A DNA stretch of 64,000 bases from Pseudomonadales bacterium (GTDB lineage Bacteria; Pseudomonadota; Gammaproteobacteria; Pseudomonadales; UBA3067), in assembly GCA_040235475.1 (NCBI GenBank), contig JBECKY010000077.1, positions 1,517-65,516 of the forward strand. The letters are read 5' to 3'. Positions within the stretch are counted from its first letter, which is position 1. Each line of letters begins with the position of its first letter. The position numbers were made by a program, and so were the translations under genes. Below the pieces are notes generated by a model. It searched no databases. It saw only the letters and a program-made list of their open reading frames with translations, and had not been told where the DNA came from. This document shows, piece by piece, positions 40,627 through 51,945 of the stretch.

Positions 40627-41700
40627 TTAACTGGCCACCGGCATTTGTTTACGAATTAAATCAACAAACTGGTAGGCTAATTGTTGTGGGCTACCATTAT
40701 AGGTAACACAACCTGTTCTTCTGATTGCATCAGGCATACAACTATTGACGCAGGACTTTTGATCCTGCGCCAGAATAATACCCCCTTGTTCATGCATATC
40801 CAGTACGGTTTTAGTACCGTCTTCGCCCATACCACTGAATATGATTGCACCACTTTTATCTTTCCAGCGTTCTGCAACTGCGCCAATAACCTGATCAATA
40901 GACGGGGAATAAGGCCCATCCCAGGGTTCATCACTGGGAATAATCGTTCCATTTTTACTAAACGAAACGGCATGCTCCACTGATAAAACATAAATATTGC
41001 CGTGTATAACTTTTTTATTATCGCATTCGTTGATAAGATTATATTGCGTATTACGCGCTAGAACCTGTGATAAAACATTTTGAAAATTACGATCAATATG
41101 CTGCGCTAAAATAAAGGCTACGGGTAATCCATCCGGTAAGTAATCTAAAAATTCCTTTACTGCCGCGGGGCCTCCTAATGAAGCCGCCAGTACCCAGACC
41201 CTGTCTTCCGATTCTTCCCCGTTGCTTGCATTTTCAAACTCTCTGGGCAAAGGCGCTTTTATTGGCTTTTTTGCCGGCAAAACTGCCGATTCATTGATTT
41301 CATCAGCATTACCTTCATGAGCTCTAAACACAGGCTGGCTGAATGTTACCGGATCACCTATATGGTCGCTGATTTTTCCGAGCAGCCTTTTTTTCCAACG
41401 ATTGTACGCCGGAGTCCCATGTTGTGGCACCTCAATGTCACCAAACAAAATCGGGGCTTCTGAGTACTCTATTATTTCAGCAATGAGATCAGTCCATTTA
41501 TCCTCATCGGACAAATCAACTAACCAGACACCGATTGCCTCAAAGGGTATATCTTTGAGGTCTTTTTTCCCGAGATCAGGTATATAGCCAACTTTATAGT
41601 TGGCAGAAATAACAGCTGATTGCAGCAAATGTCTGTGTAAGGTTGTATCTGAAAGAATTCCTATTTCTTTACCTTTTTTGTCAGTCTTCACGGTATCCAC
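40627..41700 (-). CDS. chpB: CheB-type protein-glutamate methylesterase ChpB with a divergent N-terminal receiver-like domain
   Basis: 357 aa, starting with GTG. The catalytic triad context is present (AASLGGP, AQHID, GMGEDG). The N-terminal region lacks the canonical receiver residues. Confidence 0.85.
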   Translation of the reverse strand: MDTVKTDKKGKEIGILSDTTLHRHLLQSAVISANYKVGYIPDLGKKDLKDIPFEAIGVWLVDLSDEDKWTDLIAEIIEYSEAPILFGDIEVPQHGTPAYNRWKKRLLGKISDHIGDPVTFSQPVFRAHEGNADEINESAVLPAKKPIKAPLPREFENASNGEESEDRVWVLAASLGGPAAVKEFLDYLPDGLPVAFILAQHIDRNFQNVLSQVLARNTQYNLINECDNKKVIHGNIYVLSVEHAVSFSKNGTIIPSDEPWDGPYSPSIDQVIGAVAERWKDKSGAIIFSGMGEDGTKTVLDMHEQGGIILAQDQKSCVNSCMPDAIRRTGCVTYNGSPQQLAYQFVDLIRKQMPVAS

Positions 41701-41701
41701 T

Positions 41702-44700
41702 CTAACCAGACCGGCTTATAAACTGTTCAATAGCTTCTAACAAGCCCGCTTCCTGGAATGGTTTTCCCAAGTATTCATTAACACCGATGGACATCGCTCG
41801 GTCGCGGTGTTTTTGTCCGGTTCTTGATGTAATCATAATAATTGGCAAATCTTTTAGACGCCTATCATGACGCACCTGTGTTGCCACTTCGAAGCCATCC
41901 ATTCTTGGCATTTCAATATCCAGCAACATTAAATCGGGCGTATGTTCTTGCAGTTGCGTAATCGCATCGACGCCATCTTTTGCCAGCAGAACTTCAAACC
42001 CATTTCTTTCCAACACTCTGGATGTTACTTTTCGAACAGTCACCGAATCATCAACTACCATAACAATCGGTCTCTTATTCGTCTCAGCAATGTTCTCGAC
42101 TGCGCGCAATGGTTCCACATGGCTTTCAGCTAATTCGGAGCGAATCATTGCCACCACATCAAGAATAATAACAACACTTCCATCACCAAGAATTGTTGCA
42201 CCCGATATACCACTGACTGTACTTAATTGCATACCAACAGATTTAACCACAACTTCACGGCTACCAAGCACGCTATCTACTTGCAGCGCCATGCTATGCT
42301 CAGTACCACGAATCAACAAAACCGGTAGAGGTTTCTCATTTTCATGGAAATGGGGGCTTAGCACCCCATTTATATGAGTACCCAGGTACTTCAAGGTATA
42401 GGCTTGTCCGGCATAATTAAATGACTTTTTCTTTGCGTCCTTGTAATGAGATTCAAGTTCATAAGGGTTAATCCGAACAATGCCCTCTATGTGGGACAGA
42501 GGTATGGCATATGTATCCTCACCAACTTGGACCATCAAAGCTCTATTGATCGATACCGTAAAGGGTAAACGAATAATAAACGTTGTGCCCTTGCCAAGCT
42601 CAGAATTAATACTTACCGTGCCTCCCAACTGTTTAATCTCGCTGTATACAACGTCCATGCCAACCCCGCGACCAGAAATTTGCGTCACTTCAGTAGCGGT
42701 ACTAAAACCGGCGGCGAAAATAAACTGCAGTATTTCTGAATCGCTCAGTTCGGATTTTTCCTGCATTAAGCCACGCTCAATAGCCTTGGCTTTTATTTTC
42801 TTGACATCTATTCCACCACCATCATCAGAAAGCTTGAGCACTACGTCAGCGCCCTCTCGTGTTAAGTTTAAAACAACCTTGCCAACTTTCGGTTTACCAG
42901 TTTTTCTTCGTGTTTCAGCGTCTTCTATACCGTGTCCGACAGCATTCCTTACCATGTGCTCCAATGGTGATACCATACGCTCAAGCACCACCCGATCCAA
43001 TTCCCCTTCGGCATTCAAAATTTCCAATTCTGATGGCTTTTTAAGTTCGCTGCCGATTTGTCTTACTAATCGGCGGAGCCTTGGCACCAATCGTGACAAT
43101 GGCACCAGGCGACTGCTCATCAAACCTTCCTGAAGCTCGGTATTAATACGTGATTGCTGCAAAAGTATTGTTTCAGTATCACGGATTTTATTAATCATTG
43201 CATCCCGCAATTCCAGCAAATCCACACTGCTCTCAGACATTGATCTCGATAGTTGGTGCAGTTGCGAATAACGATCCATTTCTAGAGGATCAAAATCCAC
43301 ATATGCATCTCCACCAGCAACCTCGTGGCCAGACAAAATCTGCTCTTCTGTTTCTTGATTCAGACGTCGCAAAAGCTCTTGAACTTTTTCAATTGTCATG
43401 CCCATTTCTTCAAGAATAAAAGAAAAATCAGATACTTCTTTTTCCACCCTGGCTCTACTGATACTTGTTTCACCAGCAAGGTTAATCATGCTTTCAAGTA
43501 AGTCAGCAGAAACCCGCACCATTTCTTGCGGGCCCGATTTTTGTGCCGCAGCTTCCTGGGATTCGGATTGAGCCTTCTGCATTTTTTTGAATTCTTTATT
43601 AGCAAGAATAATTGCATCAGATTCCCGCACCTGCTCACTGCTTTTTGCTGTTTTCTGCTCTGAACTTTCTGCTAACTCTATTACTTCCTCTATATTATTT
43701 TCTTGCTGAAGGTTTTGTTCATCAATCTCATTCTTATCTTCACCTGGCAGCATCCCAGTCTTAACGCCACTTGAAATAAATTCAAACATTTGAGAAATTA
43801 AATCGTAGTATCCATTTACTGTATCAAAAAAATGGCTATCGACTGAAATATTATTCCGTTCTGACTCTATCAAATAGCTTTCAAACTCATGGACCGCATT
43901 ACCCAGCATTTTAAGTTCAGACAACCGTGCCCCACCTTTAATGGTGTGCAAATATCTTTGTATTTGATCTTGAAACTCAGGGTTTTTAGGCTCTGAAACC
44001 CATGCCTGAATTGAGTTCTCGATGTTTTGCAACAGCTCTTCGGCTTCTTCAAGGAATAAATTTACAATTTCTTGATCGGCAGTGCTTTCTCGAAGCTCTC
44101 TTTCTTGAGCCTCTTTATCAAATACAGGTTTATTTGTCTCGATTTTTTCTACGGCATTATTAGTCGCTAGAATAATATTCTCTGACTGCCCCACATACTG
44201 CTTGATTTCGGCAATCAGCACATCTGAGTTCTCACAAACCCCTGTACTGCGAATGCTTTCTACTCTTTCAGCAAGGCCATCATGGCAGCGATGCAACATA
44301 TCAAACAAAATATCTGAGGCATGTAATTTGTCTTCAGCGAAACTTTCATAAAGGCTTTCAAGATAATGAGCCAAATCACCAATTTCTTGTACTTCAGCCA
44401 TTCTTGCCCCACCTTTTAAGGTGTGCAAATGTCGTTGCAACAAAGCCAAATCGCTTAAATTGTCTGGTTCAGCAATCCATTTCTCCAAAACAACACTGCT
44501 TTCATCCAGTATTTCTGTAGCTTCTTCGAGAAATATTTCAACAATCTCAGGGTCTCTTTCAGGAGCTGCTTTTGGAGTCTTTTCACTGCCTTCATCAATA
44601 ATTTCCAAGGACTCAACGATAGCAGAGTCATCGGGCAAGGAATCAATAAAATCTTGATCAATAACATTTTTTTCTATTGCAATGTCATCATCAAGCTCAA

Positions 44701-47700
44701 TAACCTCAAACTCATTCGCAACAGAAACCGTACTTATCCATTCATTAAGAGCGCCTAACTCTTTGTCAGCAGGCCTAACTGACTGGCCAGCAGCCAAACT
44801 ATCCACCATGTCAATCAAATGCTCATGGCTTGCAGCAAGCAAATCGAATAATTCATTATCAGGCTGAAGGTGTCTTGAAATTAAAACATTGTAGGTATCG
44901 CTCAGCCGTGTACACAGCTCTTCCATATAATTTAAACCGGCTTTAGCTGCGCTTTTGCCCAGAACATTCATTTCCTTTACAAATGTTTCAATTACAGTGG
45001 TATTTATTTGATTTTTTTTCCACTCGCTTAATTGATGACCGGCATTAAAAATTTCATTAATATTTTCAGTTATGATGGTTGACAAAACCTGATCAGTTGA
45101 TTCCAGGTCATTTTCCTGTAAAACATCATCGCTCAAGTAAACATGTCTAATTTCATCCAATTGATTAGTAATGTCATTCGTAATAGGCTGTAAAACATTG
45201 TCATTTTCTAACAAGCTATTAATATTATTATCAATATGTTTTACACAAGCTTGCAACAACTGAATAAAATTGCTTTTTATCGGTAAATTTAAGGCTGCAA
45301 TTTCTTTACTGATTTTTTCGGCAGGGGATGCAACATCTGCAATAGGGTCTATACCCGCCATGCGTGCGCTACCTTTTAAGGTATGCAATGCTCTTAACAC
45401 AGAGTCTGTTAAATAAATTTTTTCAGTTGCTTCAATTGAATGATTTATAAATTCACGAATTATTGCTAAGTGTGATGAAACTTCTGAGGTGAATATTTCG
45501 AGCAAATCGGCGTCTATTTCTATAATTTGCTTTTCTTCAACAGCAGCAGCATAAAATTCTTCATTTGAAGTTTTTACTAATTCATCATCAGGCTCATAGA
45601 AATCTTTGTCTTCAACGCCATCCTCAATAGCATGAGCAAAAATTTCGTCAATTGAATCATCTATTTTATTGAACAGCTCAGTGACATCCAATTGTTTACT
45701 GTAGTTCTCAAGTTCTGCATCTGAAATAGTTTCTATATGCTCAATAGTTTCAGAATTTTCTGTCTGCAAAATTGGCGGAGCTATGTCATTACTTTGTATT
45801 GCTGCTGCTTCAGATTCAACTATGGTAAGAGGCTCCGGGATTTTACCTTCTGCAAAAATATCAGCAGCATCCATAAAGGGCTTTAAATCCAGTCTTGGCT
45901 TTCTTCTTTCTTCAAATGCTTTCACTAATTCCGGGATATGTTCAACGACTTGATGAATTAATACGAACATTTCTTCACTGGGTTCAATGGTTTTGTCGAT
46001 CACCCTGTTCATCATATTTTCAACAGCCCATGCTAACTCACCTGCTTCGTTAGCGCCCACCATTCGACCACTGCCTTTTAATGTATGAAAGGCACGCCTG
46101 GTTTCACTTCTTGAGTTTTCGTCTTGCCAGTTTTCTTCCCATTTAGGGAGGGTTTGGTCAATTGTTGCAAGAACTTCTCCCGCTTCTTCAATAAAAATCT
46201 CTATTATTTCATCGTCAATAAAATCGTCTTCATCTTTGTTGTCTTGAGTTTCTGTTTTTTCTTCCTCTATTTTTAATACTGGCTCTGTTTTTGTCTTTGG
46301 TTCTTCACTTAAATCTGGTATACGGTTTTCGCCACCCTCTTCTATATTTGGTTCAGGCAAATCAACCAGGGTATTATCAAGACTAAGATCAGCTTCTATT
46401 TCAAATACTTCGGAATTAATATCATTAGCTGGCTCCAGTTGAACTTGCTCCAGATCATCCGCATCAGCATCCAGGTCAATACTCAGTTCGCCAAAGCCTG
46501 AATTATCATCAATGTCATCATCTAGCGGCTCTACAACAACTGAATTTTCTGTAGCTACTGGTGCAACTGCATAACCCAGTTTTGAAATGCTTTCAGCTGC
46601 AATGTCTAAAACAGATTCATCCGCATGGCTATCCTCTGATAAGCATTCTAGAAAGTACTCAACACCGCTGATCGCATCAGCCAATGTGTCCATATCATCC
46701 CAGGCGGGTTTTTCGTCGGTATCGATTAATTTTTCTTTAATATAGCTTGTGCATTGCTCCAGTATTGAAGAGGGCCTCGCCAATGGCACCATCATCAAAC
46801 CGCCGCGTACTGCAGATAATGTTTTTGGGATATTTACCAGGCATTGCTTATCCCATTGAGACACCATAAAATTTACAATTGCATCTTTGATCTCTTCAAG
46901 ACCTTCTCGAGATTCTCTTATAACTGCATTTTGTGCTTCGTTCAGTTGCTCAGGAGAAACAACCATGCCTTTATCAGCTAAGGCTTTAAAGCCTTCTTCA
47001 TCAGCATTGCGAAACGCTGTCAGCGATGCTTCCAAATACAATATCGAGCCAGCCACATCCAGCAATTTAGTATTTAAACTATCATCGCTTGGGTTTTCAA
47101 CACACCAGTCGAGAGTCTCAACTTGCTCCTGCATAAGCTTTCTTTGACTGCCCATGCCTAATACGGCTAATGTGTCTGACAATTTTTTGAGCCCAGGGAT
47201 AACTTTTTTTAACTCAAGAACGTCCCTGTTTTTGTTATTCATGTAAATATCTAATTTTTCTTTTATGCCAGACAAATCTTCAGCTATAGCCTCTGAAGCA
47301 AAGCCTAGGGCTTCACGATCTGAAACTACAGCTCCACTTGCCTGGTCAAAAGCCATATCTAATTGATAAGCTTGTTTTACTGCTTTTATCCGCGGCGAAT
47401 CATTTTCTATTCTACCGACATAGAAGAGTAAGTTTTTTAACAGCTCTACGGGTGCTGCTTCGCTTAGCCCCCCTTTCCCTGCTTCCACAATATTTTTAAT
47501 ATGTCGATCTAACACACCTAACAATAATTGCGTCGACACGCCTAGTTTAATGCCTCCATTCGCCAAACCTTCTACCAGCGCTCCAGCCACCCACCACAGT
47601 TGCGATGCCGTTTTTTCCCTGGAAAGATTTTCTAGTTTTGTAAAAACCTTTGCTATAGTGCCAAGATTATTTGCCAAATCCTGATTGCGAATAATACCGA

Positions 47701-48235
47701 CCAATGATTTTTGGTAAGTTAAACGAATTTTTCGTAATATATTTGTTACATCTTCGGTAGGGTCAGCGCTTTTTTGGTCAACTTTTGCAACTTCGCTACC
47801 TGCTTGTAGATTTGGATTGAATAAAGCAGTGCCTGATAACAAGCTTTCACCACGAGTAGCTCGTAAATCATTAAGCAAGGGTAAAATTAATGAGGGGATG
47901 TCTTGACGGGTTTCTTGAATTTTCTCCAAATAGCCAGGAAGTTGCAAAATTCCCTGCATTAAGATTTCTACTGTGTCGTTGCTTTTGGGCACCGAGCCAT
48001 TAAGCAAGCCCTGGCAAAGGTTTTCCAGCTCTTCGGCCAATAAAGCCGCCCCATGAAATTCAATCATCTGCAAGGAGCCAAAAACCTGATGCAAATGCGT
48101 CAGGCAAAAACGTATCTTTGAAGAATCATTAGTATTTTTAATGTACTCTTCAAGGCAGCTCCGGGCTTGACCAAGACTCTCTTCTATCTCCGACTTCACC
48201 CAGTCTAAAGCTAAAAATTCATGATTATCTGACAT
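41702..48235 (-). CDS. chpA: ChpA hybrid histidine kinase (multiple Hpt/Xpt modules, CheA core, CheW domain, C-terminal receiver)
   Basis: 2177 aa. Four canonical H-T-[LI]-K-G motifs sit at His717, His951, His1271 and His1430. It also has degenerate N-terminal modules, an HATPase_c domain (GHGIED…GRGVGMD), a CheW domain and a REC domain (VVDDS…LLDIEMP…KPF). Confidence 0.93.
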   Translation of the reverse strand: MSDNHEFLALDWVKSEIEESLGQARSCLEEYIKNTNDSSKIRFCLTHLHQVFGSLQMIEFHGAALLAEELENLCQGLLNGSVPKSNDTVEILMQGILQLPGYLEKIQETRQDIPSLILPLLNDLRATRGESLLSGTALFNPNLQAGSEVAKVDQKSADPTEDVTNILRKIRLTYQKSLVGIIRNQDLANNLGTIAKVFTKLENLSREKTASQLWWVAGALVEGLANGGIKLGVSTQLLLGVLDRHIKNIVEAGKGGLSEAAPVELLKNLLFYVGRIENDSPRIKAVKQAYQLDMAFDQASGAVVSDREALGFASEAIAEDLSGIKEKLDIYMNNKNRDVLELKKVIPGLKKLSDTLAVLGMGSQRKLMQEQVETLDWCVENPSDDSLNTKLLDVAGSILYLEASLTAFRNADEEGFKALADKGMVVSPEQLNEAQNAVIRESREGLEEIKDAIVNFMVSQWDKQCLVNIPKTLSAVRGGLMMVPLARPSSILEQCTSYIKEKLIDTDEKPAWDDMDTLADAISGVEYFLECLSEDSHADESVLDIAAESISKLGYAVAPVATENSVVVEPLDDDIDDNSGFGELSIDLDADADDLEQVQLEPANDINSEVFEIEADLSLDNTLVDLPEPNIEEGGENRIPDLSEEPKTKTEPVLKIEEEKTETQDNKDEDDFIDDEIIEIFIEEAGEVLATIDQTLPKWEENWQDENSRSETRRAFHTLKGSGRMVGANEAGELAWAVENMMNRVIDKTIEPSEEMFVLIHQVVEHIPELVKAFEERRKPRLDLKPFMDAADIFAEGKIPEPLTIVESEAAAIQSNDIAPPILQTENSETIEHIETISDAELENYSKQLDVTELFNKIDDSIDEIFAHAIEDGVEDKDFYEPDDELVKTSNEEFYAAAVEEKQIIEIDADLLEIFTSEVSSHLAIIREFINHSIEATEKIYLTDSVLRALHTLKGSARMAGIDPIADVASPAEKISKEIAALNLPIKSNFIQLLQACVKHIDNNINSLLENDNVLQPITNDITNQLDEIRHVYLSDDVLQENDLESTDQVLSTIITENINEIFNAGHQLSEWKKNQINTTVIETFVKEMNVLGKSAAKAGLNYMEELCTRLSDTYNVLISRHLQPDNELFDLLAASHEHLIDMVDSLAAGQSVRPADKELGALNEWISTVSVANEFEVIELDDDIAIEKNVIDQDFIDSLPDDSAIVESLEIIDEGSEKTPKAAPERDPEIVEIFLEEATEILDESSVVLEKWIAEPDNLSDLALLQRHLHTLKGGARMAEVQEIGDLAHYLESLYESFAEDKLHASDILFDMLHRCHDGLAERVESIRSTGVCENSDVLIAEIKQYVGQSENIILATNNAVEKIETNKPVFDKEAQERELRESTADQEIVNLFLEEAEELLQNIENSIQAWVSEPKNPEFQDQIQRYLHTIKGGARLSELKMLGNAVHEFESYLIESERNNISVDSHFFDTVNGYYDLISQMFEFISSGVKTGMLPGEDKNEIDEQNLQQENNIEEVIELAESSEQKTAKSSEQVRESDAIILANKEFKKMQKAQSESQEAAAQKSGPQEMVRVSADLLESMINLAGETSISRARVEKEVSDFSFILEEMGMTIEKVQELLRRLNQETEEQILSGHEVAGGDAYVDFDPLEMDRYSQLHQLSRSMSESSVDLLELRDAMINKIRDTETILLQQSRINTELQEGLMSSRLVPLSRLVPRLRRLVRQIGSELKKPSELEILNAEGELDRVVLERMVSPLEHMVRNAVGHGIEDAETRRKTGKPKVGKVVLNLTREGADVVLKLSDDGGGIDVKKIKAKAIERGLMQEKSELSDSEILQFIFAAGFSTATEVTQISGRGVGMDVVYSEIKQLGGTVSINSELGKGTTFIIRLPFTVSINRALMVQVGEDTYAIPLSHIEGIVRINPYELESHYKDAKKKSFNYAGQAYTLKYLGTHINGVLSPHFHENEKPLPVLLIRGTEHSMALQVDSVLGSREVVVKSVGMQLSTVSGISGATILGDGSVVIILDVVAMIRSELAESHVEPLRAVENIAETNKRPIVMVVDDSVTVRKVTSRVLERNGFEVLLAKDGVDAITQLQEHTPDLMLLDIEMPRMDGFEVATQVRHDRRLKDLPIIMITSRTGQKHRDRAMSIGVNEYLGKPFQEAGLLEAIEQFISRSG

Positions 48236-48263
48236 TAATTCACTCTTTAATTTAGCTTTTTAT

Positions 48264-49154
48264 TCAAATTTTCCGAGCAAATGCTAAACTATTTTCATAA
48301 GGTATGCGTGATAATTTCGGGTGACTCCATCCGCCCGCCTCTCCTAAACCGAGCACCAATATACCTCCAGGAATTAAGCGCTCAGCAAGGCAGTTAAGTA
48401 TGTCTCGCTTCCGCCACCGGCTAAAATAAATTAATAAATTTTGGCAATAAATAAGATCAAGATTTTCCATTGGGCTTTTACGTAGTTCCATAACATTTAC
48501 TTTTCCAAAGCCAACTCTATCTCTTATTTTTTTAATTACCTGAAATTTATTTTTTTCAATTTCAGTAAAATATTTCTGTTTTCTTCTCGATTCTAAGCCA
48601 AATAACCTGCTGCCGGAGTAAACCCCTTTCCTTGCTTTATCCAAAGCGGGTAAACTTATATCTGTAGCTGTTACGCTATATAAAACGTCACTGCCAATCA
48701 ATGAAGTTTGTTCATCACAAAGAATAGCCAATGAATACGGCTCTTCACCTGTTGAACAACCTAAGCTCCAGATATCAAGGGGATTTTCTTCTGACTTTGC
48801 AACCAGCATTTCTGTAATCATTTCCCTGACCAGATCGAATGAACCTTTATGGCGAAAAAAATGTGTTTCCTGAACGGTTAATCTGTCTACCAGTAGAGAC
48901 CATTCCACTTCGCCTTTTGCTCCATCCCTTAGAAATACAAAATATTCATCGTAGGACTGAATGCCAATTTTACGCATTCGGGCAAAAATACTGGTTTCTA
49001 GGTGTACTTTTCTTTGCTCTGAGCCTAAACGTATACCTGTTCGTTGCTGCAACAATGCAGACCAAAGCCGTAACTGCTCCTCGTTCATTTCAGGTGCGTC
49101 AGAGCGAACACCTTTATTATTGACTGTTGAGCTGTTCTTTTCTTCACTGGCCAT
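48264..49154 (-). CDS. pilK: CheR-type MCP methyltransferase PilK
   Basis: 296 aa with ETHFFR and the SAM-binding motif IWSLGCSTGEEPYS. Confidence 0.88.
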   Translation of the reverse strand: MASEEKNSSTVNNKGVRSDAPEMNEEQLRLWSALLQQRTGIRLGSEQRKVHLETSIFARMRKIGIQSYDEYFVFLRDGAKGEVEWSLLVDRLTVQETHFFRHKGSFDLVREMITEMLVAKSEENPLDIWSLGCSTGEEPYSLAILCDEQTSLIGSDVLYSVTATDISLPALDKARKGVYSGSRLFGLESRRKQKYFTEIEKNKFQVIKKIRDRVGFGKVNVMELRKSPMENLDLIYCQNLLIYFSRWRKRDILNCLAERLIPGGILVLGLGEAGGWSHPKLSRIPYENSLAFARKI

Positions 49155-49199
49155 TCTTTACTCCCAACGCATCGGAGCTCTATACAGTGCTTACCTGTA

Positions 49200-51233
49200 T
49201 CATGCAGACTCAGGCAGCTTGAAGCCGGCTACTGAACTTCTCATTTCGCTTGCCTGTTCGGCCAAATGGCCAATGGAGCTTGCTGTTGCGGTTGTACCTG
49301 CCGAGGTTTGAGCGGTAATTTCCTGAATCACATTCATTGTATTTGAAATATGCCCTGCAGACGCAGCCTGTTGCCGCGCAGCATTGGAAATGTTTTGAAT
49401 CAATTCTGCAAGGTTTGTTGACACTGATTCAATTTCTTCAAGTGCAACACCTGCATCCTGGGCCAGTCCGGCACCCTTAACCACCTCTGAGGTGGTATTT
49501 TCCATCGATATAACGGCTTCGTTGGTATCTGTTTGAATGGTTTTCACCAAGGCTTCGATCTGCTTGGTCGCCGCCGCAGAGCGCTCCGCCAAACGTTGCA
49601 CCTCATCCGCAACCACCGCGAAACCTCGTCCGGCATCACCGGCCATAGACGCCTGAATGGCTGCATTCAATGCCAGAATGTTGGTCTGGTCAGCAATGTC
49701 ATTAATCAACGATACAATATCACCAATTTCTTGCGAGCTTTCCCCGAGGCGTTTGATTCGTTTAGATGTTTCCTGAATCTGCTCTCTAATTGTATCCATG
49801 CCATGAATGGTATTTTGTACAACCTCGGCACCTTTGTTTGCGATTGCCACCGACCGCTTCGCCACCGAGGAAGACTCAGCTGCGTTTGCAGACACCTGGT
49901 CAATGGACACCGCCATTTCGTTAACCGCTGCAGATGCTCCCGCTATTTCCTGCGCTTGATGCTCCGAAGCCTCTGCAAGATGCATCGCAGTTGCTTGAGT
50001 TTCCTGAGCAGCTGAGGATACTTGTACCGCAGTTTCATTAATGGAGAATACCAGGCCGCGCATCTGGTCAATCGCGAAATTTATGGAGTCAGCAATAGCG
50101 CCGGTAAAATCTTCTGTTACCGTCGCCTGAATGGTCAAATCTCCGTCCGCAAGGCTGGCTATTTCATCAAGCAGTCGCAAAATTGCTTTTTGGTTTTTTC
50201 CATTTTCTTCTTCGGCTTCTGCGTGACGGCGACTCGCATCTTTAATTAATTTCATACCAACTCGCCCTGCCACCAGCAATGCAAGAATCGCACAAACGAT
50301 ACCCATAAAGTTGGAGAAATAGCCTTCATTTGCAATATCACCAAACCTTTCTGCCAACGCTGTTGAATCATCTAAAAGCTGGTTTGAATCTAAAAAGATG
50401 CTGTAAGCGGCATTCTTTACTTGGAAAAGCTCTGGAGAGGTTTTAAGAATCTGATCAGCATTCAGGTTAACAATCTGGAATAATTTATTAGTCTCCTTCA
50501 GGTAACTTAAGGCTTCACGGTTTTCTACCGGGCTTATACCCAGGCTGCGATCCCCCTTAATCATCCCATTCAAGACCTTACCGAATCTTTCCGCATCACG
50601 ACCAAAGTTATCCGCGGCCATAACCGCCCCTTGACCCCCGGCCAGGACGTTATTAACACTTCTGGCTATACGTTCTGCTATCCAAACCTGCTCTTGGGCT
50701 TTCGCAATCTGCGTGGGTGGTGCCTTACTTTGGATTAGAATTTCCACCACATCATTGTATTCCAGCTGCAACTGCGGAATGGTTTCATTCAACTTTCTTG
50801 CTACCTCATGCAGATCCAGTACAGCACCTTCACCTTCTATAATATTTTTTGCGTTAGCGCTTACAATATCCCACATTTTTCCCACACGACTTATTTCTTC
50901 AGCAGCAATTTTTGGGCTTCCTTGCAGACCGTTAGCAGGATCACCATCTTTAATCAGTGTCCAGTTTTGGGCAAATTCGCTTCTCGATTTTTGCAGCAAA
51001 CCAAATGCATCCTGGTTACCCGATGCAGCCTCGGTGGCATTTTTTGCAATTCGCTGTGAAAGTACCCTTAACTCACTGGCGTACTCACTGTATATTCGAG
51101 ACTCTTCACTGCGCTTGGCAACCATATAAAAGTTTATAAACATGAGGCCAAAAAATACGAACATGGCTACTACCCATATTGTAGTACCGCCACTGTCTTC
51201 CTTATTACCCAAAAACCTTTCTTTCACCTTCAT
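49200..51233 (-). CDS. pilJ: Type IV pilus methyl-accepting chemotaxis protein PilJ
   Basis: 677 aa with two TM segments, a large periplasmic domain, HAMP and the highly conserved MCP signalling hairpin ([39 protein letters not shown]). Confidence 0.92.
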   Translation of the reverse strand: MKVKERFLGNKEDSGGTTIWVVAMFVFFGLMFINFYMVAKRSEESRIYSEYASELRVLSQRIAKNATEAASGNQDAFGLLQKSRSEFAQNWTLIKDGDPANGLQGSPKIAAEEISRVGKMWDIVSANAKNIIEGEGAVLDLHEVARKLNETIPQLQLEYNDVVEILIQSKAPPTQIAKAQEQVWIAERIARSVNNVLAGGQGAVMAADNFGRDAERFGKVLNGMIKGDRSLGISPVENREALSYLKETNKLFQIVNLNADQILKTSPELFQVKNAAYSIFLDSNQLLDDSTALAERFGDIANEGYFSNFMGIVCAILALLVAGRVGMKLIKDASRRHAEAEEENGKNQKAILRLLDEIASLADGDLTIQATVTEDFTGAIADSINFAIDQMRGLVFSINETAVQVSSAAQETQATAMHLAEASEHQAQEIAGASAAVNEMAVSIDQVSANAAESSSVAKRSVAIANKGAEVVQNTIHGMDTIREQIQETSKRIKRLGESSQEIGDIVSLINDIADQTNILALNAAIQASMAGDAGRGFAVVADEVQRLAERSAAATKQIEALVKTIQTDTNEAVISMENTTSEVVKGAGLAQDAGVALEEIESVSTNLAELIQNISNAARQQAASAGHISNTMNVIQEITAQTSAGTTATASSIGHLAEQASEMRSSVAGFKLPESA

Positions 51234-51314
51234 AATTTTGCTCCAGCTTGCTTTTATCTTTAATATAGTTTAACCGTATAGGGGTTTTAATAATTCTATG
51301 AATGATCAAGGAGC

Positions 51315-51854
51315 CTAGGATGCTGCCTTTAAAAAATCAGGATCGTCAGCCAAACCAAACAGGCTGAAAATCTTCCAGTTTTCAGCATCGTGGCTAAAGG
51401 CGCCCTTTATATACTTTCGTGTTGCTTCGTGTTCTTCAATAACATTTTTTACAAATTCATCCGTGTAAAAATGCTGCATCCCCATTACTTTTTCAACAAC
51501 TAGCGCACTGTATAGCTCACCTTTTTCAATAACCAGAATCCGATGTTCAAATGGTGAAGTTTTTGCTTGTCGACCAAGAAACTTCATCAAATCCATTACC
51601 GGCATTAACCTGCCTCTAACATTGGCGATACCGCACACCCATGATTTTACACCGGGCGCTTTTGTAAACTTTGGCACTGTCAGAATTTCTGCCACCTCAC
51701 TGAGGGGCGCCACATAACGATGGCCATTAATTTCAAAACCTACTCCAGTCCAATATTCTCTATTTTCTCCCTCAGCAGGAAGGCCGGATGCATTTGCAAT
51801 GCTCAGACGCTCATACTCAACTAGTTTTATATAGGCTTCAGGTATATTTTCCAT
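51315..51854 (-). CDS. pilI: CheW-like protein PilI
   Basis: 179 aa with a CheW domain, located between pilH and pilJ. Confidence 0.88.
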   Translation of the reverse strand: MENIPEAYIKLVEYERLSIANASGLPAEGENREYWTGVGFEINGHRYVAPLSEVAEILTVPKFTKAPGVKSWVCGIANVRGRLMPVMDLMKFLGRQAKTSPFEHRILVIEKGELYSALVVEKVMGMQHFYTDEFVKNVIEEHEATRKYIKGAFSHDAENWKIFSLFGLADDPDFLKAAS

Positions 51855-51945
51855 AATCGATTTTATTTTTTACTATTAATTTTCACTGGTTTTTGTTGCA
51901 GCTATATTGATTGTTAGTATATTTGGAATTTCTATATTTCATTGC

